Source of the DNA: a virus
Length of the DNA stretch: 64,000 bases
IMG/VR virus record: IMGVR_UViG_3300042922_000265
Span: 103,374-167,373 of that record
Direction: 5' to 3' (one strand)
The notes beneath the pieces were generated by a model that was not told where the DNA came from, searched no databases, and saw only the letters and a list, made by a program, of their open reading frames with translations. The first letter of the stretch is position 1. Each line of letters begins with the position of its first letter. Shown in pieces: positions 29,683-41,497 of this stretch. A program made the translations under genes and the position numbers.

Positions 29683-29952
29683 TCAGGCCGAGGGGTTACC
29701 AGCGGACTTCGGGCCGGTCTTGCCCGCTCCACCGCCGCCGAAGCGGATCGGCGGGTGGCCGTCGTCGCCGATGCTCCACGCCTTGCGCGGCTCCTTCTTG
29801 CCCTCGTAAGGCTTCATGGTGTCGTCGTTGCGCGGGGTGCAGATGCTGCCGAGTGCCGGGAGTCCGGGGCAGGGCGCTGCGGAGGCGACAGGAGCGCCGA
29901 TGCCGGTGGCGGTGACACCCGCGATGGCGAGGGCGATGAGAGTCTTCTTCAT
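29683..29952 (-). CDS. Small secreted protein
   Basis: Signal peptide MKKTLIALAIAG...ASA; GGAAGGA SD. Confidence 0.7.
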   Translation of the reverse strand: MKKTLIALAIAGVTATGIGAPVASAAPCPGLPALGSICTPRNDDTMKPYEGKKEPRKAWSIGDDGHPPIRFGGGGAGKTGPKSAGNPSA

Positions 29953-30753
29953 GATGGAAAGTCCTTCCGTTTGACGGTTGTTTGATTGGTTCTACACAGA
30001 TACTACAGGGCGTTCTCTCGATAGTCTAGCAGCTATCAGTCCTCGTGTGTCACCTCCGCATTCATGGCCCAGGTGAGCAGGTGGGTCAGCACCGGCGCGG
30101 CATTGATGGTGACGACATCGGTGCTCGGCGGTTCACGCGTGGTCCAGTAAGTCACCTCGATCTCCGCACAACCCTGACGGAACTCCACGGTCTGGATGTC
30201 GCTGGGACTGATGGAGGGCCAGTCGTGGGCCGATTCGTAGACCTCGTTGCAGATGGCCCGCTTGATGCTCACTTCTTCTCCTGGGCGTCAATCCATGCCC
30301 GGACAGCGGGACGCATACCGCCGTTGCGGTGCTCCTGGATGCGCTTGATGCGCGCCAGGTCAAGACGGTACTCGCCCCAGGCGAAGGTCAGCGCCCACCA
30401 GTGGCGCTCGAAGAAGTCATGCAGTCGGTTCATGCGTAATGCCTTTCTTCCAGAACGAAGGTGCCGGTGCGGATCAATTCGGAGACGACTTCCAACTTCC
30501 GACGCTTGATGTGCTTGGTGCACACGATCGGATGGCCGGGTTGACCAGAATCCCAGTGCCGATAGGTGGCGCGGCGGAGCTGGCCCGACACCGTGTACTC
30601 GATGTAGAGAGCCTCGTCAGTAGAGGTGACCAGCTCGACATACGTGCCGCCACTGCCGTGGTTGATGTCTCCGGATGCGTCACGAACCCACAACTTCTGC
30701 TGGCGGGTGACTTCGCTGATCTTCTTACGGTCGGTGTCGCGGCTCATGACTCA

Positions 30754-30782
30754 AGTATGACACAAGCTAGAACTTATTGCAA
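30754..30782 (-). promoter_or_regulatory. SigA-like promoter with TTCTAG box, leaderless
   Basis: TTGCAA-TAAGTTCTAGCTTGTGT-CATACT-TGAGTC-ATG. Confidence 0.8.
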
Positions 30783-31810
30783 GTCCTTGAGTGCGTTCTC
30801 CCACGCCACAGTGATCGCCAGGTCCTGGAATCCGAACTCCCACTCGACATGGCGGGCGAAGTCCTCCCAGTCGTCATAGTCGGGCACCAGACCGTTGTAG
30901 CAGTCCTTCGCGTGACCGTACCGATAGGAGTCGTATCCACAGGCCCAGCAGCCAGGGCCGAGCGTCAGGTCGCAGTCAGGCATCAGAGATTCACCTTCAT
31001 CTGTGGCCACGCGGGCTTGAACCGCAGAAAGGCCATGCCGTTGACGCAGACCCAGATGCGACCATCGCTGGCCACCTGGACACCGACGTCGACCATCTTG
31101 CCCTCCTCGGCGAACCGGTTGATCTCGTCGATGATCTCGGCGTGGTTACAGATACCCAGGCTGCCCTGCTGATGGACCTCGGGATATTCGTCGATCATGA
31201 GAGTCTGGTCACCTTGGCATGGGCGGACAGCTGGTTGATGTGCGGCTCCCCGGTACAACGCACTCCCGCTAAGCTAACCGCGCCCTCGGCGCTCACACGC
31301 ATCCACTCAACGGTAAACCAAATAGAGCCGATGAGCTGAACACGGTCACCGATCTGGATCTCGGTGGCCAGGACGACGCGGGCCGCGCCGATCACAGAGT
31401 CACCTCGGCGGCAATGATCGCCACCAGCATCGCGGCGGCCACGATGCCGCAACCGATGCCCATGTTGATCGCGGCTCCACCGATGACGAACCCGGCGATA
31501 GACAGTCCCGCCACGATCGCCAGCAGAGTCAGGATGAACGCCATCAGGCACCGAACCGATCCAGCTCGTCGTGGATCTCGGCGTCGATGCTGTCCTCGAC
31601 GTCGGTGGTTTTGGAGAGGTCGCGGATGTGGACCTCGATGACGTCTTCGCTGTGGAAGGGGCGGACCATGACCGCGCCGCACTTGTCGCGGCAGACCGCG
31701 ATGATCTCGACGTGCTCGGTGCCCATCGCGACCTCTTCCTCCTGAGTGCGGTCAACGACGGTGTAGATGGCGGTCTCGTGGATCTTGAAGGTCTCGTTGC
31801 TCATGACTCA

Positions 31811-31839
31811 AGTATGACAGACACTAGAACGATATGCAA
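31811..31839 (-). promoter_or_regulatory. SigA-like promoter with TTCTAG box, leaderless
   Basis: TTGCAT-ATCGTTCTAGTGTCTGT-CATACT-TGAGTC-ATG. Confidence 0.8.
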
Positions 31840-32704
31840 GTCTTTCGGCTCGCATTCTCTCGTGCACCATGTCCGGTGACATGCAGCTGTCGCAGGCCCA
31901 GACGCCCAGAGCGGGCCATTCCGGGGGCACCCAGTGGGCACCAGGTGAGCGGCAGGCCGAACAGATGCCCAGCCCGACGCTCACCCCGGTGATCGGTCGC
32001 ATTTACTTGGCCGCGTGCGAACGCAGGGCGTTCGACTTGGTGACCGTGACGCGCTGACCGCAGTCGTTGCAGATGCCGTAGTTACCGGCGCAGTAGCCCA
32101 GGCGGGCGGTCGCGCGATCGTAGTTGTGGGTCAGCGAGCCCTTGCACTTGCTGGCCTCGGCAGCCGCCTTCTTCTCAGCCTTGGCCTTGGCCTCGGGCGA
32201 GACGAACATCTTGGTCGGCTGGGCCAGGATCTCGACCGGAGCGGAGGGGAAGCACACGGTGCAGGCCATGCAGCCAGCGGCCTCGACGATCTCGGCCTCG
32301 TCCTTGCCCGAGTAGTCGATCATCCAGGCGTACTGCGTGGTGATGAAGCAGGTGCTGCAGTTCATCGAGCTGTGCACGTGGCCGTTGCTGTTGCTCACCA
32401 GGAAGGCGCGGCTCCAGCCACCACGGCGGACGTACTCGTTCTCGTAGGGCAGGGCCTCGGCCTTGATGGGCACCAGCTGCTCGCGCAGCGCGGGGATGCG
32501 GGCCTCGTACTTCTCGGCCAGACCATCGTAGTGCTTGAAGCCCTGCTTGACCGCCTTACGGGCGCTGCGAGCCTTGTCGTTGATGTCAGCGATCTGGGTC
32601 TGCACGGCGTTGATGCGACCCCAGATCTCAGAGAGGATGGTGTCGATCTCGGCGGGGGTCATGATGGTCAGGTCGGCGGTGGCGGTTCCGTTGCTCATGC
32701 ATTA

Positions 32705-32734
32705 ACTATAGCATAGTAGAACTTTTACACGCAA
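32705..32734 (-). promoter_or_regulatory. SigA-like promoter (TTCTAC variant), leaderless
   Basis: TTGCGT-18-TATAGT-TAATGC-ATG. Confidence 0.75.
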
Positions 32735-34191
32735 GTCCTGCGCTGAAGACCCTTCAAGATGATCCGCCAGGACGGCGGCTCGGTGAGCAGACGTTCATGG
32801 TCGTAGTCGTAGACCGGGAACATCACCGACCACTCATGGCCACAATCGCACGGCAGGCCATCGGCACGCACACGCGCGCAGATGCTGCACTCCATCTGGG
32901 CCATCATTTGTGCCGCGCGCGTTCTCTGCTGCTCTTCGGCATCCGTTCGATCGTCTTGATCAGAGCGCGCTTGCGCCAGTTATACCAGCGCACCTTCTCC
33001 CAGTTGCGGCCAATGCCACCAGCCCAGGTGATGCCGCGCATCGAGTACTTGTACCAGTACCGACCGCAGCCATCGCATTGCCAGATCGATCCCACCGGGC
33101 GGTCACAACCGTAGCTGCCCGGATAGTCGCATTGGTGGCCATAGTCCACAGGCGGAGGCACAGGGGCGCGGTAGATGTCACCCACGAGCGTCCGCCCATT
33201 CCTTGGGCATGAAGCCACCCGAGGACAGCCAGGTGTCGAGCTGGATGGCGAACGTGGCCGCCTCCTCCCAGTCGTCACGGTTGACGGCGTCGCGCAGGTT
33301 GGTCAGAACGGCATCGGGGTCCATCAGTCTTCTTCCTGTCCGGTGAGCTTGTTGATGCGGTAGTAGTTCGGTCCCGAACGCCAGCCCGCAGGCCGGTCAT
33401 CGGTGGTGCGCTTACAGCAGGGCAGCTCAAACACCGAGCAGTCGGTATAGCGCTGCAGCACCTTGGCGGCACCGAGATCGAAGATCTGCCCGCACGTGCA
33501 GCGCGCGGGAAAGTTCATGCCCTTGATCTCGGCCAGATGATCAGGCCGATAGTAGGGCAGCGTCACGGCCTCGCTCCGATCGCGCGCACCGGGAACTTCG
33601 GTTTCCAGTCCATCAGCGTTCGGTAGTCGGTGGTGTCTTCCTCGGTCGCCTCAGCACCGTAGTGATACATGTAGCCCTCGGCGTTGGTCAGGTAGTACGA
33701 GATCCCGATCAGGTCACCCTGGTCAGTCGCGGCGGTGAGGAACACGGTCCCGGCATCATCGACACAGGCCAGCTCGGCCACCACGGCCTCGTCGTAGTTC
33801 ATCACCGTGATGCGCTCATGCAGCTCCTCCTCGGTGGAGAAGATCCTGACCTCGCTCATCCAAACACCTCATCCAGGATGCCCTCGATGACATTGCCGAT
33901 GCCCCTAGCGATAGCCCGGAAGAAGTTGGCGACCCTGCGCCCCGCTCGGCGGATCATGGCTTGGCCGTCAGTCTGTCGACCACAGCGGGACGCTTGGCCT
34001 GCTTGGGCGAGGTGATGCGCTGACCGCTGGTCAAAGTCGCCCCGGTGATCTTGTTGGCCCGGATGCGGATCTGCACCCGTTCGTTGCCGCGTTCGTAGAC
34101 GCGGGTCCACCAACCCAACAGACCGGTGCTCTGGCGCTTCCAGCCGTTGTTCTCGGCCAGCTTGTCGATGTCGTTCAATGTGTCTGCCACG

Positions 34192-34297
34192 TGCCCGTCA
34201 GGGAGTCGAACCCCGCCAGCACTCGGATCACGCGGTCAAGCGAAGGTCCTAGACCCTCTCCCTACGTGTCTTCGCTTCCAGCCCTCGCTGGACGAGC
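34192..34297 (-). ncRNA. tRNA-like RNA with long arm replacing the anticodon arm
   Basis: GCTCGTC/GACGGGC-A; CAGC-GAGG-GCTG; AAGCGAAG/CTTCGCTT; GGGG-TTCGACT-CCCT. Confidence 0.6.
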
Positions 34298-34438
34298 TTG
34301 CCCGGATGAGCGCCGGGACTTGGTGATGCGATCAGGCCCTGAAGGAGGCTGGTTCCCGGCGGCTTCTATTCCGGGGCCTCTAGGTCTATTATCGCGGTTC
34401 TCACGTAGCTCTCCCTTCCCGTGGGTGGATCGGTGCGC

Positions 34439-34818
34439 ATCAACAACTCAACAGAGAATCTGGCCAGCGAACCCTTGCTTACCCTCCCCGCTTTGTGCGC
34501 ACGCCACGGTTCTTCTCGGTCATCAGGTCTGCTGTTTGACACGGACACTTCACGGTGCATGGGGTCATGACTCCCCACTTACTCCGGCTCGGCCCTCGAC
34601 TTCGCTCCCCGTCTCCATGCTCTCCTCCACCGTTCGTTCAGGGATCGCTCTCCTGCTGGCCGGGCTCACCGTCTCGCGGATACCGCACAATGCGGGATCG
34701 TTGTACCTGGGGTCTTGCGCAGCGCTGGGAGAGTCGTGGTCGTTAGCCGTCAGCGGTGGGATCTCGGAGTTGGTTGGAAGGCACCTCGTCGGTCCAGATT
34801 CTCTGTTCGGTTGTCGAT
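34439..34818 (-). ncRNA. ~380-nt highly structured non-coding RNA
   Basis: Begins 6 nt after a -10 box; 5' ATCGACAAC-CG-AACAGAGAATCTGG pairs with CCAGATTCTCTGTT-GA-GTTGTTGAT; nested internal stems. Confidence 0.7.
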
Positions 34819-34824
34819 GGTTCA

Positions 34825-34853
34825 AGTATAGCAGCTCCTAGAAGGAACTACAA
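34825..34853 (-). promoter_or_regulatory. SigA-like promoter with TTCTAG box driving the ncRNA
   Basis: TTGTAG-TTCCTTCTAGGAGCTGC-TATACT-TGAACC-A. Confidence 0.75.
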
Positions 34854-35009
34854 CCCTGCTGAGCGGTTGGCTGCTCGCATCTGCGCCTGGGCAGAACGGT
34901 TCGACGTGAACACGCCCTTCACCTCGACAGAGAGGACCTTGCCCTCATCGTCACGCTTCACCGTGACGAGATTGCCCTGGCGGTTGATGTAGTGGCCTGC
35001 GTTGCTCAT
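34848..35009 (-). CDS. 53-aa leaderless protein (below ORF-track cutoff)
   Basis: MSNAGHYINRQG...; ATG 6 nt after CATACT of promoter 35016-35044. Confidence 0.7.
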   Translation of the reverse strand: MSNAGHYINRQGNLVTVKRDDEGKVLSVEVKGVFTSNRSAQAQMRAANRSAGL

Positions 35010-35015
35010 ACATCA

Positions 35016-35044
35016 AGTATGGCATAGCTCCTAGAATAATGCAA
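35016..35044 (-). promoter_or_regulatory. SigA-like promoter with TTCTAG box, leaderless
   Basis: TTGCAT-TATTCTAGGAGCTATGC-CATACT-TGATGT-ATG. Confidence 0.75.
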
Positions 35045-37372
35045 GCCCCTAGAGCTAACCAGTTTCAGACTGCTCTTCGCCCAGGTCAAGGCACCCAAGG
35101 CGCACCTGGTAGGCGCGCGGATTGGCCGGTTGGCTGGTCAGATGGAAGTGCATTCCGCACGGATAGACACGCATGGTGTGACCCAGGGTGCGACCGGCCA
35201 GCACCGCTGCCGACTCGGCCTCACGACGGACGTAGTAGCGGACCTTCTCCGGGTTGCGGCACTTCCCCGGCTGGACACGGCCCGTGCGCTGTGAAGGCAG
35301 CGGCGGGAACGGCACCACCTCCACGTAGTTCTTTCCCTTGGGCTGCTTGGGACCCTTACCACGCCTTTTGGACACCCCGACCCCCGTAGATCAGCGCTCG
35401 TGTCATCACGTCGAAGCAGGGCTCGCACAGTCGCATCTCCTTGAGCCCACGCATGGTGGGAAACGAGCCACCATGGGTGGCCTCGATAGCCCGGAGGCGG
35501 TTCAGGTAGCCCTGGTCGCTCAAGAAGTCCTTGAAGTCGGTCCAGACCTTCACCTTGGGCAGGCACAGCTCGCACGCCTTGTGCCAGGCGTACTGCTCGG
35601 CCAGCTGGTTGAACAGATGCCAGTCGTAGGTGCCTCGGTGACTGTGACCACGACCGAACACCGCGTTGCCGTCCTTGGCCGGGAACTTCTTGACCAGGTC
35701 CTGCGGGATGACTACCCAATGGCCCTTCTTGTCCGGGGCGATCGGATACGGGTAGGTGCCACGGTGCTTACCTGTCATGACCGGTTCGTCCAGCTGGTTG
35801 CGGTGTTGGCCGGGCGTTGGCACACTCCGGTGCAGAAGCACGGCTGCCCCTCATTGGGGCAACGAGGTCGCTCTTCCTCAACCTTGGGGAAGAGCGCACC
35901 GGGCAACAGTGTCGGTGCCAGCTCATCCTCCTGTGGTGCATGCTCGCGCCCGTACGCCATGATCGCCTCGAACTCGTCCTTGGACAGCCCGATGCGCCGA
36001 CCGGGCCGGGAGAACTCGATCCAGACCACCGGGAACTCGGTGCCGTTGTACTCGGTCACCTTGTCGACCTTCAGCTCAGCCATCAGATCGCCTCCGAGTC
36101 GTATTGGACATAGAGCACGCCGTTGCGCACGGCGGTGTCGAAGTTCTCACCGAACGTAAGGTAGCGGCCTGCGCGGATATGCGTGGCGACCAGAGAAGGA
36201 TTGGCCACTGGCACCGGATAGACCGCCCAGGTGAGCGGGCGTTCCTTCAGCGCGCTGGCGAAGCGCTTGAGCACCGCACGGTGCTCCCGGCGAGGCGGGA
36301 AGGTGTCTTCGGGCAGCTGGTCGACGAACCGGAATGCGCTCATCGCATGGCCGCCTGCTGCTGGGCGATCATCGAACGGACGTAGGGATCATTGGCGATA
36401 CGGTCCAGCAAGCGCGTACGCCCACCATGCACCCAGTTGGCGTCGTCGATCTTGCGCGGGTCGCACTCCTGAGAGGGCAGGACGCCGCAGTCCGGGCACT
36501 GGAATTGCTTGGACTCGGTCACCCGAGAGAATGTCATGTCCTGTCCTGCTCCTTCTTCATGTCTTTCAGCTGCTTGATGCGGTCCTTGCAGGTGGCGATG
36601 CCCTCGGTGGCCCGGCTCTCCATCTGATCAGCCAGGGTGACGTAATGCTGGTGATGCTCACGCATCTGCTTGGCCTGGCGAACTTCCTCCACGTTGCACT
36701 TCAGCGTCCACTCCGCGCTGCGGATGAGAGTGTCGATGTCCATTATAGCCGCTACTCCTTCTCGCGGATACGGAACGGCAGAATCTTCCACAGCCGCACT
36801 TGGGCTGCCAACAGCGACTTGTCCGTGCTGGAGTCAGCTCCCAGCTCGATGCCGGTGGGCTTGTGGATGAGTTGAACCGACCAAGCGCCGCCAGGGACAG
36901 CCTCCGGGGTGATGTCCCACACGACATCTGCGCCGTCGATCTCCGGCGGATCAGTGAGGGTGGTGCTGGCAGTCTCAAACAGGGTCTCGATGCCCAGCAG
37001 CTCGGCGAAGCGCGACCAGGGGATGATCACCGCACCAGGGTTGGAGTGATCGTCCTGGTAGACCATCACCGTGCCCTGCTTCTCCTCCACGAACTCGATC
37101 AGCCGGGTGACGCTGTCCGAGGACAGAGGCATCACCGCCTGGCGCAGATTGGTCAGTGGTTCTCTCATGCGAGCGCTCCTGTGATGATGTTGATGATGGT
37201 CATGAGCAGGACGCCGCAGGCGACCCCCATGGTGAAGATGATCCAGAACCACTGACGAATCATGGCGTCAGCGCCGAGATGATGAGTGATGCTCCCAAGA
37301 TCAGAAGGACGATGGAGCCCAGGACCACCGAGATGATGATCCACAGCGATGGTTCGTCACCAGGTTGCCCCA

Positions 37373-38077
37373 TCAGACGTGATCCTCCTGGTAACCCCGC
37401 GCGCGGCACATGGTGCACAGGCAGCCTGGCTGATGCTGTGACGCCTCTACATAGCCATCGGCCTCGGCGCGCACTCGCGCCAGAAACTTGGCGTAGGTGT
37501 CGCCGTCGGTGGGCTTCGGCCCGTCCTCGAACGCCTTGGTGATCTTCTCAGCCGGTGTGGGAGGCGGCAGCGGCGGTAGATGGCCAGCTGCCCGAGCTTT
37601 GTCCACCCAGACGTTGTGGGCGTGATCCAGGCCCGCCTCGTAGTCCGGGTTGTAGGGCATGCTGTCCCGACGCTGCGGGAACAGCTCGTCCATCATCTTC
37701 TCCCGCTCCTTGCGCAGGTGCTGCAGTGTCCAGGGCAGCATCAGCTTGTCGTTCTCGCGCCGGGGCACGATGTGGACGTGAGTGTGCATCACCGTCTGGG
37801 TGGCATGCGGGCCGATGCTGGTGATGATGTTGGCCTGCAGCCGGTGATTCCACACGTACTGCCCAGCCAGGTACATCAGGTCAGCGGCCACCTTGAAGCC
37901 GTCGACATCAGTGCCCGTGTTGGCATCGGCAGCGTCCTGGGTATGCGTGCCGCAGATCAGCAGGACATGGCCCTCGGTCACCGGGTCCAGCGGGTTGACC
38001 ACAGCGAAGTTGTCGTCGATGGTCTGCACGATGTCCAGATTGAGCCAGTTGGCGGGACAGAACACGCATCCGGTCAT
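37373..38077 (-). CDS. HIT family hydrolase with C-terminal extension
   Basis: CVFC, PVTEGHVLLI, QTVMHTHVHIVPR. Confidence 0.88.
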   Translation of the reverse strand: MTGCVFCPANWLNLDIVQTIDDNFAVVNPLDPVTEGHVLLICGTHTQDAADANTGTDVDGFKVAADLMYLAGQYVWNHRLQANIITSIGPHATQTVMHTHVHIVPRRENDKLMLPWTLQHLRKEREKMMDELFPQRRDSMPYNPDYEAGLDHAHNVWVDKARAAGHLPPLPPPTPAEKITKAFEDGPKPTDGDTYAKFLARVRAEADGYVEASQHQPGCLCTMCRARGYQEDHV

Positions 38078-40740
38078 CAGTAATCCTCCAGGTTCTTGGC
38101 GCGTGCGGCGGCGGCCTCGTAGTCGCCTTCAAACCCCTCGCGCTGGTCATAGTCGACGAGCCAATCAGACAGCGGTCCTGCCGAGCCGAGCAGAATATCC
38201 TCGACCACAGCGGACGGTTCACCAATGTGAACGGACTTGAGCATGCGAATGCGTGACCGGTTGCCCACCTTGACCCAGACCTGCAGCTCCACCGACTCAG
38301 CCATCGTTCAGCTTCCTCTCCAGGCTCATGCCCGTGCGGGAATCAACAGGTAGCGCGCTGAAGCCCAGGCCCGTGCCGTGACAGTGCGTACCGAGCACAC
38401 TGACGACCGTGGCGACCTGCTGCTCCAGGGCCTCCACGGCGGCGATGAGCTGAATCAGTACGTTGCTCACCTCGAACTGGTAGCCGTGCTTATCAAGCCG
38501 CTCCCAGGAGTCGCGGGCGCGCTGGGTGTGGATACTCACCGGGGGATCGCCCCCAACATGTTCTCGATGTCGTTGAGCTTCCAGAAGATGAGCCAGACGC
38601 CCACGTTCATGAGCGAAACCGTCACCCAGATGGGAAAGCCCCAGTCGCTCACATTCCCTCCTCGTCGATCTTGGACTGGACGAACGCCCAGAACACACCG
38701 CGCGGGACATCGGGCAGGGCAGCACCGGCCTTCTCTGCGCCCTCGATGTCCCCGGAGGCCATCAGGATCAGCTCTACCTCGTCACGCAGAGAGGGCTCGG
38801 TCATTTCTCGTCCGAGAGCTTGTACGCCTTGTGCAGCGCGTGCCTGGCGATGTCCTGGGCGAAACCGGAATCCAGACAACCCTCGGTGGCATCACCCAGG
38901 ACGCTCATGATCTGGGCCACGTGGCTCAGTGGCGGCTCCGGCGCGACACCGTCAACCGGAGTGTCCAGGCGCTCCTCGGTGATCTCACTGCGGATGCGGA
39001 ACGCTCCCCAGACAGGATGCAGATAACTCGTGTTGAGCAGATTGCACACCAGCAGGGCGTCGCGAGCGGAGTCGACCTGGTAGTAGCCCGGCTCGCCGTA
39101 GGGGCGATCACCGTTGACGCGGCGCACCTCGAACTTGGTCTCGCTGCTGCAGCTCTGCGGGTTGGTCACAGGGATCGAGACTTGAATGGGCATCAGAGAA
39201 TCGTCTCCTCGACGGTGGTCTTGCGCGTGATGGCCTCGTACTTGGTGCTGGTGTTGCCACTGAGGATCGCCGCCGTGATCACCGCATCATTGGCCGTGTC
39301 GAACGGACCGAAACGCAACGGCTCCTTCGCGCCCACTCTGCGCAGTAGGTGCCGCTCGGTGACCGTGGTCTTGGTCTTCTCGACGGCGGGCTGCTGCAGG
39401 CCCTGCAACTCCCTGAGCTTGTTCTTGAATGTCAGGTCACCGTCCGCCTCGAACAGCCACTCGCGCGCCTCATGGTCGCCGTTGTAGCGCGTGAGCTTGC
39501 GGCTGCCCTGTTTTCCGGTCAGCTGCCAGACATCGGTGTCCAGGATCATCAGAACTCCTCTTCGTCGTGCTGGACGGGCCGTGGTGCGCCTGACAAATTC
39601 ACGATGATGGCGGCCAGGATGATGGGGAACAGGAAGGTGAGGCTGGACAGCACCTTGACCAGGCCGCTGGCCTCGATGTCGCTGAAGAACAGCATGGTCA
39701 CGATCAACGTGCCGTAGAGCACCGTGGTGGCCGCCAGCAGGATGTAGGCCGACGCCTTGGTCACTGGATTGCTCCTGCGTCCTTGGCGGCCTTCTTGGCC
39801 GCGAGCGTGGCCGCGCGCTTCTCAGCCGGAGTGCGGGTGTCGACCTGGGCTTTTGGAGTGCCTTCCTGGGCTTTTGTCGGCTCTTTGAGCAAAAGCGTGG
39901 CCTCGAACTCTTCCTCCTGATCGCCACCTGGGGTTTTGTCCTCGGCCTCGGTCACGACCTGGGCTTTTGCAGCCACCTGAGCGCGGATCTCGTCAGCCTT
40001 CTCGTTGAAGTCATCCTCGGCATCCAGCCGAGCCTCGGCCTCATCGGTGCTCAGCGGGCCGGTGCGAGGGATAAAGCCCTTGTCCACGGCCTCGTCGTAC
40101 AGGCTGTAGCTGCCGGTCTTGCGACGCTTGGGCCGGGCCTTGGCCTTGGGCAGCGGTGAGCCGTCCGGGTTGCGGGGAATGACGGTGGACTCTGGAATGC
40201 CCGAGGGCGTGGTGAGTGGTTGAGACATAGCTCCCGATTCTAGCAGGTTGTTCTAAAAGGAGATACTGCCAGCCGTGACGCGCTTGTCTCGGGTGGAGAC
40301 GCCGACGATGCGGCCATCGGTGACGGCCAGGACCAACAGACCCTTGAACTCGTCCCATTCCTGCAGCGCACGCAGGATGCGAGGGCTGACGTCGTAGATC
40401 CCTGCACCCGTGATCGCACGGGCAACCTTGGCACCGGGGCGGACGTTGATGGTCTCGATGTGGGTGAAGATCGTGGCGCTCATGCGGTCACCACGTCCAG
40501 CTCGGACTCGATGTAGTGCATGATCTCGGTCTCTTCCTGGGTCAGGCCGTACTCTTCAGCGTTCATCGCGCCGTCGGGGAAGCGAACCGTGATGCCGCCG
40601 AGGGGGCTGATGGCCAGCACCTCACCGACGGTCATGTAACCGACCTGCTCGATGACGACCTTGACGACGTCACCGACGTGGATGCGTTCGCAGATGTTGG
40701 TGGGGTTTCCGTGGCTGCAGGTCTCGTTGCTCATGATTAA

Positions 40741-40769
40741 AGTATGACAGTTCCTAGAAGGAATGTCAA
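40741..40769 (-). promoter_or_regulatory. SigA-like promoter with TTCTAG box, leaderless
   Basis: TTGACA-TTCCTTCTAGGAACTGT-CATACT-TTAATC-ATG. Confidence 0.85.
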
Positions 40770-41082
40770 GCCCTCAGAGCCAGCTGGTGATGATCTCGAC
40801 GGCGTTCTTGACGCCCTTGACCTCTTCTTCGATCTGAAGGTGCTTGGTGGTCATGTCGACCATCACCGCGCTCTTGATGCGGCCCGTGCCGTAGGCGGCA
40901 AGCTGGATTTCGCTGTTGCCATTGGGGCTGCGCAGGATTTCGTAGTCCGGGCAGATGAAGCCCATGTTCCAACCGGCCTCCAGGGCGTTGGCCCGGACGG
41001 TGAGGCGGGCGTTGCCGTTGGCGCGGGCCTGGGCGATCATGTTGGCGCGGTGCTGGGGGTTCATCTCGTTGCTCATGGTTAA

Positions 41083-41111
41083 AGTATAGCAGCTGCTAGA
41101 ACTCCATGCAA
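41083..41111 (-). promoter_or_regulatory. SigA-like promoter with TTCTAG box, leaderless
   Basis: TTGCAT-GGAGTTCTAGCAGCTGC-TATACT-TTAACC-ATG. Confidence 0.8.
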
Positions 41112-41467
41112 CCCTACTTCACTCCCGTCAGGGCCAGGTACAGATCGGATGCCTGCTGGAGCAGGGTGAGCTTGGGGTCATCGGGCTGCAGGCCGTCGGT
41201 GGCACGAATCAGGTAGTGCGTGGCCAGACGAGCATGCTCACGGGCATCAGCGATGTCAGCCTCGGCCTGCAGCTTGTCGGCGACCTTCTGAGCTGCCTCT
41301 TTGGTGGCGAACTTGCGCGTATTGCCCTTGGCGTTCAGGGCAGCAAAGCGATCCAGGCTGCCCGGTGTGTGCACGGTGCGGGTGACCCAGTAGGGGAAGC
41401 GCGCGCTGCGCGTGCCGGTCGCTACGTGCCAGTCCTGGGCGTCAAACTCGCGGTCGCTCATGACTCA

Positions 41468-41497
41468 AGTATAGCAGCTGCTAGAGCTTCCTGTCTA
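41468..41497 (-). promoter_or_regulatory. SigA-like promoter with CTCTAG box, leaderless
   Basis: TAGACA-18-TATACT-TGAGTC-ATG. Confidence 0.78.

Larger units (their letters stand above)
30036..34190 (-). other. Array of small hypothetical genes, three of them leaderless (30430-30747, 31544-31804, 32003-32698)
   Basis: Packed short ORFs with overlapping start/stop codons and internal promoters. Confidence 0.6.

Noticed and set aside
34505-34535. Hammerhead ribozyme (CTGATGA on the minus strand)
   Set aside because: I could not build stem II followed by GAAA and stem III around the core.
34192-34818. tmRNA
   Set aside because: There is no G3.U70 acceptor pairing the far 5' end with the 3' end, the acceptor-like stem closes locally (34297/34193), and no tag ORF ending in Ala-Ala was found.
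34565-34825. 86-aa minus-strand ORF over the large ncRNA
   Set aside because: Its TTG start overlaps the -10 box, upstream of the predicted TSS, and the region is better explained by nested base pairing.
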